From IMG/VR virus record IMGVR_UViG_3300031418_000001: a stretch of 64,000 nt of DNA, one strand, 5' to 3'. The stretch comes from a virus. Its lineage: Duplodnaviria > Heunggongvirae > Uroviricota > Caudoviricetes. The translations under genes were made by a program, and so were the position numbers. The notes below the pieces were generated by a model. The model was not told where the DNA came from, did not search any database, and saw nothing but the letters and a program-made list of their open reading frames with translations. Positions 9,141-18,377 of this stretch are shown here, piece after piece; position 1 is the first letter of the stretch; each line of letters opens with the position of its first letter.

Positions 9141-9615
9141 ATTAAGAGCAATTGCTAACTTAACTGAGGAAGACATTAACAAAGAACTTGAACCATTTGG
9201 TTTAAAGTTCAGAGTAGTGATTACTCAGCATGTAGCAGACAGAATCATTGACCGGTCAGAAAATGTAGTACGTGATATTCGCAACATTAATTTTGTGATG
9301 CAGCAATTACGTAAGAATTATATTTGCAATCTTATGTACTATGCAGAAGAAACGCATCGTCTGTTGGTATATTTTAATTACAGAAAAATTGCACATGAAT
9401 GCTTTGCATTAGGTACTACCTTACATGTACAGGATTCAGTAATAAAGTTCACAGTACGTACTTTTATGCCTGATTTTAAAACAAATAACTTAAGTACTAA
9501 AGAACGTCTTCTTATTAAAGAACCAGTAAAGAAAATCTTTAATGTTAACTCTACATTACAGAGAATGATTTATTCTGATTCCTGTCCAGAAGTACTTAAG
9601 ATGTTAAGGATTTGA
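9115..9615 (+). CDS. possible RegB/RelE-fold endoribonuclease
   Basis: FRVVITQHVADRIIDR resembles T4 RegB FHLKYSQHLLDRAIQR (recalled). Confidence 0.4.
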   Translation: MNKYKIQNELRAIANLTEEDINKELEPFGLKFRVVITQHVADRIIDRSENVVRDIRNINFVMQQLRKNYICNLMYYAEETHRLLVYFNYRKIAHECFALGTTLHVQDSVIKFTVRTFMPDFKTNNLSTKERLLIKEPVKKIFNVNSTLQRMIYSDSCPEVLKMLRI

Positions 9616-9619
9616 TTAT

Positions 9620-9970
9620 ATGGAAGTACCATTAGATATTATAAATGAATTGCTGAGTGAGGCACATTCTAAGCTATCAGTACTCCCCCAGGACGACCCA
9701 GCAGCGAAATACTTCACTGTTGCTGTGAAACGCCTCATCAACGAATTGAACGCACAGTACATCTATATACGGTACAAGTTCACTGCGTCAGATGAATGGG
9801 ACTATGCGAAGTTTGAGAAGTCCTGGTTTGATGAAATGGGTGACGATGATATTGAAGAAGAGGTCACAAATTATCCAGAGAACTCCTGGATGCATGACAG
9901 TTGGCGAACATATAGCATAACTTACGAAATCTGCACAAGGGACGAGTACGAAAAAATAAAAGGGTTTTAA
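9620..9970 (+). CDS. hypothetical protein
   Basis: ORF in co-oriented run. Confidence 0.65.
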   Translation: MEVPLDIINELLSEAHSKLSVLPQDDPAAKYFTVAVKRLINELNAQYIYIRYKFTASDEWDYAKFEKSWFDEMGDDDIEEEVTNYPENSWMHDSWRTYSITYEICTRDEYEKIKGF

Positions 9971-10327
9971 CATATTGACAACTGTAAGTACTTGATATTA
10001 TTAGAATTATCCTTGCTGAATGGTTTCAGCTTCAGTTTTGTAAAGACTTAGGAGAAAAAAGCATTATTCTGTTAATAAATGGAACAATATCTTTATTATC
10101 AATAAGTTAGATGTACTGAATTATTTTAGTTTTATTTGTCGTATCGTTTGACAGACTAATCCTAAAAATGCATAATGATTCACATAGGGAGCTGATGCGT
10201 TAGATAGTCAGAACCTTAAAAGACGGGCTTGGGGGATAGGGCGGGCGACAATAAATCAGTCCAAACTACAGTGTTGAATGGCACTGACAAGCACAAATAA
10301 TAACATAGTGGCTTAGGGTTTTGGATA

Positions 10328-10654
10328 ATGACTAAAGATAACCGCACCGAACTGATGAACCTCTTGAACCAGTTGATGGAATTCAGCTTTGATTCATTCT
10401 TCATGAAGATGATTAATAAGTCTCAGCCCTTCCTGGTTAAAGGTATTGACGTTAGTGTCAAGTGTGCTCAGGAAGTAGTTGAACACCCTGAAACCCCTGA
10501 TGAAAATACCGTGAAGATCATCGGTTCTTTACAATCTTTAATTCAAACTCTTTCTAATATTCGTTACAGTATCCGTGAGCTTTATCCACAGGAAACCACC
10601 GTTACAATGCCTAACTGGAATGCCATGATCGTCAATCCACAGGTCGTTCACTAA
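10328..10654 (+). CDS. hypothetical protein
   Basis: ORF downstream of TTGACA...CATAAT promoter near 10148. Confidence 0.7.
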   Translation: MTKDNRTELMNLLNQLMEFSFDSFFMKMINKSQPFLVKGIDVSVKCAQEVVEHPETPDENTVKIIGSLQSLIQTLSNIRYSIRELYPQETTVTMPNWNAMIVNPQVVH

Positions 10655-10845
10655 TGGTGTACGAAGAAGTAGATGTATACGAAGTACAGTTGGTTGACAG
10701 AGCTACACACACCGTGCTTGAGACTTTTGATACTGGTCAGGATCATGACGCAGCTTATCGAAAGAAAGATGAGTGGGATCTGGAATACAACGATGGAACG
10801 ATGTATACAAAAATCGAGGTCTATTCGGAAGAATTAGACGAATAA
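10654..10845 (+). CDS. hypothetical acidic protein
   Basis: Translationally coupled ORF; terminator follows at 10850-10872. Confidence 0.65.
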   Translation: MVYEEVDVYEVQLVDRATHTVLETFDTGQDHDAAYRKKDEWDLEYNDGTMYTKIEVYSEELDE

Positions 10846-10884
10846 ATGAAAAGCGGCGAAAGCCGCTTTTTTAATGGAGAAAAT

Positions 10885-11151
10885 ATGACATATCTATTAG
10901 CATGGCTTGTAATCGGCTTCATTTCTTCTGTACTAACAAGTACTTATAATACTGAAGAAGTATATGAAATGCGAATGCGTAAATACCTTTCACGTAAAGG
11001 ATTGAAACGTGAAGAACTTCCAAAGGAAGTAACATACGAAACCTATAAAATGTTTTCTTTTGTATTAGGAACAATGTATGGGATCTTTAGTATTATTGGT
11101 TTTTACAGTGTTCGTAGTGATTATATGAGAACTCAGAAAAATAAAAAATGA
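10885..11151 (+). CDS. membrane protein
   Basis: GGAG RBS before ATG 10885; two hydrophobic segments. Confidence 0.65.
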   Translation: MTYLLAWLVIGFISSVLTSTYNTEEVYEMRMRKYLSRKGLKREELPKEVTYETYKMFSFVLGTMYGIFSIIGFYSVRSDYMRTQKNKK

Positions 11152-11486
11152 ATCCAATATTTGAAGTACTCAATAATGGTAAAGGTACGGACTGTATAAA
11201 ATATGAAAGATTATATCCAGATACTTTACAGTACCCAATTGTAATTATATATTATAGTTTATACCGTTTAAGGATAACACCTGAACTATTAACTCTATAT
11301 TATGCTAACATTGATGATGGCTTTTATCATACTATATTAGATACTGTTGATGGTTATGATTCTGATGAGTACTTTAATTTATCTATGGAATATGAATTAA
11401 ATGATATTTGTCTGAAAAATAATATTGACAAAATTCGAAAAATATCGGATAATCTCTCATGTGCCTTACATGTGATTAATTTATAA
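11148..11486 (+). CDS. FN-motif paralogue family protein
   Basis: DSDEYFNLSMEY. Confidence 0.75.
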   Translation: MNPIFEVLNNGKGTDCIKYERLYPDTLQYPIVIIYYSLYRLRITPELLTLYYANIDDGFYHTILDTVDGYDSDEYFNLSMEYELNDICLKNNIDKIRKISDNLSCALHVINL

Positions 11487-11495
11487 AGGACTGAT

Positions 11496-12053
11496 ATGAA
11501 AGCACTACTGCTTAATCCTGATGTTGAGTACTCAGACGGTTATGAAAACAACCGTGATAATTATATCCAGTGTGAAGTTCTTGCGTATGATCGTGACAAA
11601 TACGTTCTGTGTAAGCATCAAGATGGTACGGTCACTGAATATAAAAGTGGTTATTTAAAGCGTATTGATAACTTTGGTCAGCTTACTTATCGTCAGTTGT
11701 TCTCGCTTCCAGTACTTAACTACGATAATTATGACGATCTTTCTAAACCTACCAAACGTCAGGTACAGAAAGAACTTAAAGATAACTATAAGTTCAAGAC
11801 TGAGTTCACTTTGTATGTTACCAATGAACCTGTAAAAGACGCAACAACAGTTATTACTACCAGTACGCTTAAACAAGCAGTTCGTGTGTTTCGTAAGTAC
11901 CAGTACGCACAGCTATCATTTAGTACTGATCGCTGGAATACAGAAGGTATCGCAGAGCGTGATAAGAAAGATGGCATATTGTATTACGATATTGATCGTC
12001 GTACAAAACGTCCTACCTATTCTTCTAAAGTACTTCGTGAATTGGAAAAGTAA
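11496..12053 (+). CDS. hypothetical protein
   Basis: AAGGA RBS, 185 aa ORF. Confidence 0.7.
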   Translation: MKALLLNPDVEYSDGYENNRDNYIQCEVLAYDRDKYVLCKHQDGTVTEYKSGYLKRIDNFGQLTYRQLFSLPVLNYDNYDDLSKPTKRQVQKELKDNYKFKTEFTLYVTNEPVKDATTVITTSTLKQAVRVFRKYQYAQLSFSTDRWNTEGIAERDKKDGILYYDIDRRTKRPTYSSKVLRELEK

Positions 12054-12162
12054 TGGTATTATTTTTAATTGTGCCAGTAATGATAGTACTGGCACTCTTG
12101 ATTAAAGTTTTAGATTTTTTCAGTACTTTATTTTGGTTCATAACGAATCACGAAAATTAAAT

Positions 12163-12192
12163 TTGAAACGTTTAAGATACTTGTGCTATACT
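12163..12192 (+). promoter_or_regulatory. TGAAAC/TATACT-class promoter
   Basis: TTGAAACG...TGTGCTATACT. Confidence 0.7.
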
Positions 12193-12204
12193 TAATATAT
12201 AGGA

Positions 12205-12489
12205 ATGACGATGAAAAACAGATTTAAGTTTTACCCAAGTGCTTTAATTATTGGAGTACTTGGTGGATTGATTGTTGGAATGTTCGCATTTCAGCCTGAA
12301 CCAAAAGCATCTGTTCCGAAAGATGTTCCACTGGAACATGTTTATCATCTTCCTTGCAGAGTTGAAGCAGAAGGTTACGAACCATCCACCACAATAAATG
12401 GTATGAGAATACCAATGATTTGCGGTTGTTCAGAACTTAAAGGCACCTGTCACCAAACACGGGAAATTAAGTATGCAATGCCAGAGTAA
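12205..12489 (+). CDS. membrane-anchored Cys-containing protein
   Basis: N-terminal TM segment. Confidence 0.65.
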   Translation: MTMKNRFKFYPSALIIGVLGGLIVGMFAFQPEPKASVPKDVPLEHVYHLPCRVEAEGYEPSTTINGMRIPMICGCSELKGTCHQTREIKYAMPE

Positions 12490-12648
12490 GATGCGTAAAA
12501 TGAAAGAAACATCAGGTTCTTATCTTATCGAACTCATTACTGAATTAAGTAATGAAGTTGGTTGTGAACCGAAAGATGTTACCGTGGATATTACGGATAC
12601 GATTGATGGCACATTTGTCGAAGTCACTGCTAATAAAGGGTAATTAAG

Positions 12649-12885
12649 ATGAGCGAAATGAACTGGCGTAAGGTACTTGCAGTGCATGTTAGTGCGGCTC
12701 CTGCTGTAACTAAATCTCCAGGATTTATTGTTTATCGTGACCCGAAAGAAGTTCTTGAAGAAAGAACAATGATCATTCATGCTATTGAAGAACATGAACG
12801 TCTCATTGCAGAAAGTATTCCAGATGAAGACGAAATAGAAGAATTCGTACTTGAACTGTATTCTTTATTTCGAGTACTTCATTAA
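12649..12885 (+). CDS. hypothetical protein
   Basis: ORF in co-oriented run. Confidence 0.65.
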   Translation: MSEMNWRKVLAVHVSAAPAVTKSPGFIVYRDPKEVLEERTMIIHAIEEHERLIAESIPDEDEIEEFVLELYSLFRVLH

Positions 12886-12893
12886 TTAAATTT

Positions 12894-13204
12894 GGCCCCT
12901 TAGCTCAGTTGGTTAGAGCAGGCAACTCATCAAATGGTGACTTTTATCAGTAATGATAATTGAAAAACTGGATGAATTCAGGGAAACCTCAGCACGTAAT
13001 GGTGGTGGCAACCGTGAGCCAAGCCTGATAAGCGTATCAGGAAGGTGCAGAGACTAAATGGTGCAACACGTTCTTGTTGCGTAATACATTGTTAGCGTCC
13101 GGCACCCTAACTATTATAGAAGGGTGGTGATATAGTCCGTACCAGTATGAAAATATTGGATAAATCGAATTGCTTGGTCACAGGTTCGAGTCCTGTAGGG
13201 GCCA
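12894..13204 (+). tRNA. tRNA-Ile2(CAU) split by a group I intron (exons 12894-12930 and 13168-13204)
   Basis: Joined exons give GGCCCCTTAGCTCAGTTGGTTAGAGCAGGCAACTCAT|AATTGCTTGGTCACAGGTTCGAGTCCTGTAGGGGCCA, close to E. coli ileX. Confidence 0.92.
12931..13167 (+). mobile_element. group I self-splicing intron (237 nt, no internal ORF)
   Basis: P AATTCAGGGAAAC, Q AACCGTGAGCCAAG, R GTGCAGAGACTA, S GATATAGTCC, P9 GAAA loop, U-G at 5' splice site, terminal G. Confidence 0.93.
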
Positions 13205-13232
13205 CTAATTTTCAAGGATGGATGATATATGA

Positions 13233-13637
13233 ATGGAAGAATGGAGAGAATTATTTGTAAGTGATATTGGTTTAACTATATTAGTGTCCAATTTAGGAAC
13301 TATAAAAACCAAAGATAAAGTTATAACATGCAGAAATCAATTTAATACTTATCAAAAGTTAATACCTGGAATAACTAAAAGTCCGGCACTTAATGGATCA
13401 GCAGGTTATTATCAAGTACATCTTCATAATAATGGTAAGAAGAAGAGTAAGTATGTTCATCGGTTGGTATGGATAGCTTTTAATGGAGAGATACCAGATG
13501 GTTTTGAAATAGATCATGATGATTGTGATAAAAGTAATAATTGTCTCGATAATTTAAAACTTTTAACTCGAAAACAAAATATGGAAAAGATGTTTAAGTT
13601 GAATCCTCATATTAAATATAATTTGCATGGGAAATAA
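13233..13637 (+). CDS. free-standing HNH homing endonuclease (NUMOD4-like N-terminus)
   Basis: EEWR..VSNLG, VHRLVWIAF..EIDHDDCDKSNNCLDNL. Confidence 0.9.
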   Translation: MEEWRELFVSDIGLTILVSNLGTIKTKDKVITCRNQFNTYQKLIPGITKSPALNGSAGYYQVHLHNNGKKKSKYVHRLVWIAFNGEIPDGFEIDHDDCDKSNNCLDNLKLLTRKQNMEKMFKLNPHIKYNLHGK

Positions 13638-13809
13638 AGTGAAATACATTGTTGTTAGTGTTATCTTTTTAGTACTTTCATTTGTGATCATTAATTTTGT
13701 AGGTACTGAAAAAGTGGCACATAACTTACTTCTAAGTGTTATTGCCTTATATGTGCTGGTTGAATCTATTGATCAATTAGTATCTCGTACTCTGTTCAAA
13801 GAGAATTGA
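13627..13809 (+). CDS. small membrane protein
   Basis: Two hydrophobic segments. Confidence 0.6.
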   Translation: MGNKVKYIVVSVIFLVLSFVIINFVGTEKVAHNLLLSVIALYVLVESIDQLVSRTLFKEN

Positions 13810-14258
13810 TTATGCCATTAATAGTTCAGATAGTTCTTTTTGTTGTGTCGGCTTTAGTAGTAGTGATAATTTCTGAAATTACCTACGCCCTGATTAATAA
13901 GAAAGTACAGTCATGGATCTCAGACCGATGTTCTGAAATCAACAAAGAACTCAAAGATATAGGGTTCCGTTACCGTGAAGGTGCTGAGTACCGGTTTATT
14001 TTTCATAAGTACGATGGATTTTATATTGCAACTGATTCATTAAACGACCAAAGACGTACTAAATTAATGAGTGCGTATAAGTTGCGTAAAGTACTTTTCA
14101 AGATGTATGAAACTCCATACAATGAAGTACTTGAACCTATGTTTATTGATTATGAAAACAGAAAAAAAGAGATAGCTGAAAAGCAAAATAAAGAACGTTT
14201 TTCTGATAATAACTATAAACGTGCAGTTAAATTTAAACGCCCTGATGAGGACAAATGA
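13806..14258 (+). CDS. membrane-anchored hypothetical protein
   Basis: N-terminal TM segment. Confidence 0.65.
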   Translation: MIMPLIVQIVLFVVSALVVVIISEITYALINKKVQSWISDRCSEINKELKDIGFRYREGAEYRFIFHKYDGFYIATDSLNDQRRTKLMSAYKLRKVLFKMYETPYNEVLEPMFIDYENRKKEIAEKQNKERFSDNNYKRAVKFKRPDEDK

Positions 14259-14470
14259 TGCGTACTATTAAACCTGAAGTACTTGAGAAAATGTCATTTG
14301 AACGTCTCAAGAACCATCGTCGTGCTGTACTGGCCCATATTGGTGCTACTTTTTATGAGTACACACCTGCACGGGTTCCCAACGAAAAGCATGGCTCAGA
14401 GTACTATCAGTACTGTGTTTCTTATCGTGATACAGTAAACTATTACCACGATCAAAAGAAACCGAAATGA
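14255..14470 (+). CDS. hypothetical protein
   Basis: Coupled ORF. Confidence 0.65.
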   Translation: MMRTIKPEVLEKMSFERLKNHRRAVLAHIGATFYEYTPARVPNEKHGSEYYQYCVSYRDTVNYYHDQKKPK

Positions 14471-14739
14471 AACTGTTCTCTGGTTCAGAACTATTTGAAC
14501 TCAAAGCCACTCACGGCATTCCCTGGGATATTACACTGCAACATGTAATCTCCAAAGGTTATACCGTGAACTGGACTGAATTCATTGATTGTGCAAGAAA
14601 AAACAAGTGGTGGGATTTTCAGACTCTTGAAGCAATTAATTTTGTACTTCAGGATGTTATTGAAGATAAAAATGAAGTACAAGAAATCATTACCAGAATG
14701 AAATTGTATATTCTTAAAAACCCTCACCCTGAATTATAA
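14467..14739 (+). CDS. stand-alone AlaRS helical-subdomain-like protein
   Basis: SGSELFELKATHGIPWDIT..KGYTVNWTEF resembles the AlaRS segment GEDAFKLYDTYGFPLDLT..G.TVD..GF. Confidence 0.55.
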   Translation: MKLFSGSELFELKATHGIPWDITLQHVISKGYTVNWTEFIDCARKNKWWDFQTLEAINFVLQDVIEDKNEVQEIITRMKLYILKNPHPEL

Positions 14740-14747
14740 TCGAATAA

Positions 14748-14800
14748 GCGGTATTGGTATATTAGGTTATGCAATCGGTTCTAATCCGGTATACCGCTCA
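14748..14800 (+). ncRNA. tRNA-like RNA lacking the anticodon arm
   Basis: GCGGTAT/ATACCGC acceptor, D-like arm, ATCGG-TTCTAAT-CCGGT T arm, no anticodon arm. Confidence 0.6.
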
Positions 14801-14814
14801 ATTGAGAATTAAAT

Positions 14815-15219
14815 ATGCTTTGGATTGCTATAGCATTACTAATCTTATCCATTTTCTTATACTCTCCTGTTAAAAATTACTACAAATCCAAGACTGTATT
14901 GAAACAGGCAGAATCTATTTCTGCACGTAATAATAAGTTCATTCATAAAAACATTAAGTACATCATTGAGTACTTTACCAATGATACGGACTTGAATCTA
15001 ATTGTTAATTATAAAAATGATGTTATAGTCGGGTTTTTTATCTCCGTCAAAAACGATTGTTATCTTCATACATATCTTTCTCCAAATATTCCTACTACTT
15101 CATACGAACTTGAAATAGACGAGTTTTGTTTATTTCTGTCGGCATACACTGATGATATTAACGATAGAGAGAATCTTGTAAAAAATATCATGAGAGAACA
15201 TTTGGAAAGATTGAAATGA
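14815..15219 (+). CDS. membrane-anchored hypothetical protein
   Basis: N-terminal TM segment. Confidence 0.65.
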   Translation: MLWIAIALLILSIFLYSPVKNYYKSKTVLKQAESISARNNKFIHKNIKYIIEYFTNDTDLNLIVNYKNDVIVGFFISVKNDCYLHTYLSPNIPTTSYELEIDEFCLFLSAYTDDINDRENLVKNIMREHLERLK

Positions 15220-15797
15220 TATTTCTTTATATCGGCGGTATTACTGTTCTGGTTTTTATTATTATAGAAATCATTGATAATATACTGAAAAGCCGTGCGA
15301 GGAAAAATGAAATAGTACAGAAAGGTAGCATATTTTGCAGTTCGTACAATATACATAAGCATGTTAATAAAATAAAAAATATAAGCCTCTATGAATTCGA
15401 TGAAGTACTTTTGTACGTTAATAGTATAGCTGAAATTAAACTCCATATAAGTACTGTTAATAACGTAATGATTGATTTTATCATAGAGGTGATAGATCCT
15501 AATGCTAAATATATTGCTAAAAGGCTTGGTTATCCTCATACAACCTCATCGCTTGATAGAATTCAGTTGGCTGAGTATTATGTAAAATGTCATAATAAAT
15601 CTGAATATATTGATAAAATAAACAATTCTAAGTTCTTTATGATGCAGGCCATGTCAAGTCTTATTAATTCTGGAGCTAATAACCCAGCTATATTTCTTTT
15701 ATTTGAACTTCTTAAGATGCATCATAAAGAACTCAAAGAACAAATGGTAGATGAAAATGACTTTAGATATTGGTTCAAAAGTACGTTTGTTTATTAG
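15216..15797 (+). CDS. membrane-anchored hypothetical protein
   Basis: N-terminal TM; weakly similar to the preceding gene. Confidence 0.65.
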   Translation: MIFLYIGGITVLVFIIIEIIDNILKSRARKNEIVQKGSIFCSSYNIHKHVNKIKNISLYEFDEVLLYVNSIAEIKLHISTVNNVMIDFIIEVIDPNAKYIAKRLGYPHTTSSLDRIQLAEYYVKCHNKSEYIDKINNSKFFMMQAMSSLINSGANNPAIFLLFELLKMHHKELKEQMVDENDFRYWFKSTFVY

Positions 15798-16011
15798 CAA
15801 TGATAAGCCACAGGATGGTTTCATTACTGATATTAAGGAAGAAGAAAAATACAAAGTATACTACGGTTATCTCACAGGCAAGAATAAGAATGGTTCTTTC
15901 GAAATTGTGGAACGTGAAGATACCATTGGCGGTACATTGTACTGGCCTCCAGAACTAAATCGTGCATTTAATGCATCATTTATTGAAGAATTTCAAGTAC
16001 TTGTGGAGTAA
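15751..16011 (+). CDS. hypothetical protein
   Basis: ORF in co-oriented run. Confidence 0.6.
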   Translation: MKMTLDIGSKVRLFISNDKPQDGFITDIKEEEKYKVYYGYLTGKNKNGSFEIVEREDTIGGTLYWPPELNRAFNASFIEEFQVLVE

Positions 16012-16013
16012 CT

Positions 16014-16556
16014 ATGATCTGTGATGTTTTAACTGTAAATTTAGAAAGTCAAATAGCACGGAATTCTGGAAAGATTGCAGAATATGAACCTAAAATTGAT
16101 GTATATGTTAATGGTATAAAGTTTAAAGGATATATTGAAATCTGGTCTTTCTTTGAAAATACACACCTTAAAGATAAGGATACCTATTCAAAGCCTTACT
16201 GTGATTATCGTATAAATGATTATGCACAATACAACAGAGCATTAAAACGATTCGACGGTATCAGTAGTTCTGTGTACTTTGAAATGTGCTCATGTGGTGA
16301 TCCTGGTTGTATGGGTATCTTTAATGGTGTAAGAGTTTATAAAAAGAAAAAGTACTTTAAGTACGTAGCCAAAAAGAATGACGGTTATCCTAATGGTATA
16401 TTAAACTCAGGTAAATGGAACCTTACTTTTACCAAAGAGAATATACAACATGTAAGAAAGCAGATCGTCGATTTTTTTATTCAAAATGAAATTTTATTTC
16501 ATGAATACTATTCAGATGATATTGAACTGGCGTATGAACTAAAACGTACTCTGTGA
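16014..16556 (+). CDS. hypothetical protein (CxCxxxxC motif)
   Basis: CSCGDPGC. Confidence 0.7.
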   Translation: MICDVLTVNLESQIARNSGKIAEYEPKIDVYVNGIKFKGYIEIWSFFENTHLKDKDTYSKPYCDYRINDYAQYNRALKRFDGISSSVYFEMCSCGDPGCMGIFNGVRVYKKKKYFKYVAKKNDGYPNGILNSGKWNLTFTKENIQHVRKQIVDFFIQNEILFHEYYSDDIELAYELKRTL

Positions 16557-16622
16557 TGATAAAAGATTTGCAAGCCCCTGATTCGTTGTGCTATAATGCA
16601 TGAAACGGTCGGGGGCTTTTTT

Positions 16623-17003
16623 ATGAAAACGAAAAAGTATTACCATATCACGGATTTTATGAATATCTCTTCAATTTTAAGTACTGGTATTCATCCTAAC
16701 TATAAAGAGGTTGAATCCCCATTCATGATGGGTAGTACTAAAGTTGATAAGCATCTTGACTATACATTACGTACTGATGTACAGGATGTTGTTTTCATCT
16801 GTGAAGATCCAATCTTCTCACTTGAAAAGATGGGTTCTTATATTCCATTGTGGCGATTGATGGTCATTGAACTTGAACTACCTGAAGAGGTTGTACTTAA
16901 GCCTGTATTTGCGTATGAGTTTGAGTTAGTACATTCGGGTACTATTAAACCTGAATATATCGTCGGTCACAGATTGTATCTTGATTATGAAGGTTCTAAT
17001 TAA
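16623..17003 (+). CDS. ADP-ribosyltransferase/Tpt1-like fold protein
   Basis: YYHIT...SILSTGIHP...VVFIC...IKPEYI pattern; own promoter near 16568 and GGGGG RBS. Confidence 0.5.
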   Translation: MKTKKYYHITDFMNISSILSTGIHPNYKEVESPFMMGSTKVDKHLDYTLRTDVQDVVFICEDPIFSLEKMGSYIPLWRLMVIELELPEEVVLKPVFAYEFELVHSGTIKPEYIVGHRLYLDYEGSN

Positions 17004-17308
17004 TGTATAAAATTACAGTACTTGACTCTAATGATATTGATCCCTTTATAGAATCAAAGGTACAACCACACTATCCAGGTAAGCATATTGCACTAATTGC
17101 ACATCCTATAATTAAACTTACAGGAGAATCAAAGATTGCCTGTATGGTACAGGATTTAGATTTTCTGGATCTTCCGGTTGATATTAATACTCTTAAAGTA
17201 CAAGAATCAGAAAGTCAGGTACTTATAGAGATTGAACATCTTGTCCAGTTCATGATTGATTCGGGTACTATCCCTGAAGATGATTATTTCGTATACTATA
17301 AGTGGTGA
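17003..17308 (+). CDS. hypothetical protein
   Basis: Coupled ORF. Confidence 0.65.
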   Translation: MYKITVLDSNDIDPFIESKVQPHYPGKHIALIAHPIIKLTGESKIACMVQDLDFLDLPVDINTLKVQESESQVLIEIEHLVQFMIDSGTIPEDDYFVYYKW

Positions 17309-17313
17309 CTTGA

Positions 17314-17547
17314 ATGGCTGAAGAAAGAACTGATTATCCGGTTAATGATGAAAATAATATCTACCTTGAAAGTTTTCTTGGTCATTCATTAACTACAATC
17401 ATCAATACAATCCATGAACATTGGGGAACTGATGTTAATATTGATGATGTTATTATCCGTGGGGAGTACCGACATGTTCGTTGCCTCGGATATGATTTGT
17501 ATGATTCTGGTGATTACGAAACTTATATTCATATTTCAAGAGAATAA
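17314..17547 (+). CDS. hypothetical protein
   Basis: ORF in co-oriented run. Confidence 0.65.
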   Translation: MAEERTDYPVNDENNIYLESFLGHSLTTIINTIHEHWGTDVNIDDVIIRGEYRHVRCLGYDLYDSGDYETYIHISRE

Positions 17548-17549
17548 AA

Positions 17550-18152
17550 ATGGATCTACAAAAGTGGTTAAACGAAGCACTGGAGAAGATGGAAAATATG
17601 TCTCCAGAAGAAATACAACATTCAATCTACGGATACACACAAGAAGAATTCGAAAAGTACGAGAAAGAAGATTTTGTAAGTGATGTTCTTAAAGTAAAAC
17701 AGTACTTCGAAACTAATGACCATTACAGTTTTGAACATGCAGCATACCATCCTGAAGACAAGATTGATTTCATTGATGAGAAAATGTTTATTCGTGTGTT
17801 CAATAATAAAGGTAATAAAATTGGTATTGATGACATGCATGAAAGTACAACAGTTTACGAGGGTATCCGTAAAAATACATTTCATGGTCAGGGGTCGTGT
17901 ACCAATCTGAGTAAGTACACACCAAAAGATGGTGACATTCATCATAAAGTGCTGGACTATGATACCAATCATGTCAAGTACGTTGCTGGTGAAGGAACTG
18001 ACGCCGAGTTATCAGTAAGTACTGATGACTTAAGTACTCATGTTTCTATTCGTCACCATAACGGTTTATTCAGTATGAGCAAGGAGGAATTCAAAACATT
18101 CCGTGACATTCTGAATATGGTTAAACTTGATGTTGATAAGGATGGATGGTAA
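17550..18152 (+). CDS. hypothetical protein
   Basis: 200 aa ORF. Confidence 0.7.
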   Translation: MDLQKWLNEALEKMENMSPEEIQHSIYGYTQEEFEKYEKEDFVSDVLKVKQYFETNDHYSFEHAAYHPEDKIDFIDEKMFIRVFNNKGNKIGIDDMHESTTVYEGIRKNTFHGQGSCTNLSKYTPKDGDIHHKVLDYDTNHVKYVAGEGTDAELSVSTDDLSTHVSIRHHNGLFSMSKEEFKTFRDILNMVKLDVDKDGW

Positions 18153-18376
18153 TGAGTACAGAAAATATTAAAAGAATGATTGAAAAGTTTGAAAGTACTG
18201 AACGTTTAAGTGATATTGAAGTTGTAAATCTTCTTAATCACTATAAGGCACTTGATGAGGTAGTAAGAGGCGATCCAAACCTTAAGGCTATTTCATTTTA
18301 TAGTACTACCAGACTGAATAAACTGAATGATATGTACCAATCACGTGTAGAATTTAATAATCGTTCTGGAAAATAA
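18146..18376 (+). CDS. hypothetical protein
   Basis: ORF in co-oriented run. Confidence 0.65.
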   Translation: MVMSTENIKRMIEKFESTERLSDIEVVNLLNHYKALDEVVRGDPNLKAISFYSTTRLNKLNDMYQSRVEFNNRSGK

Positions 18377-18377
18377 A

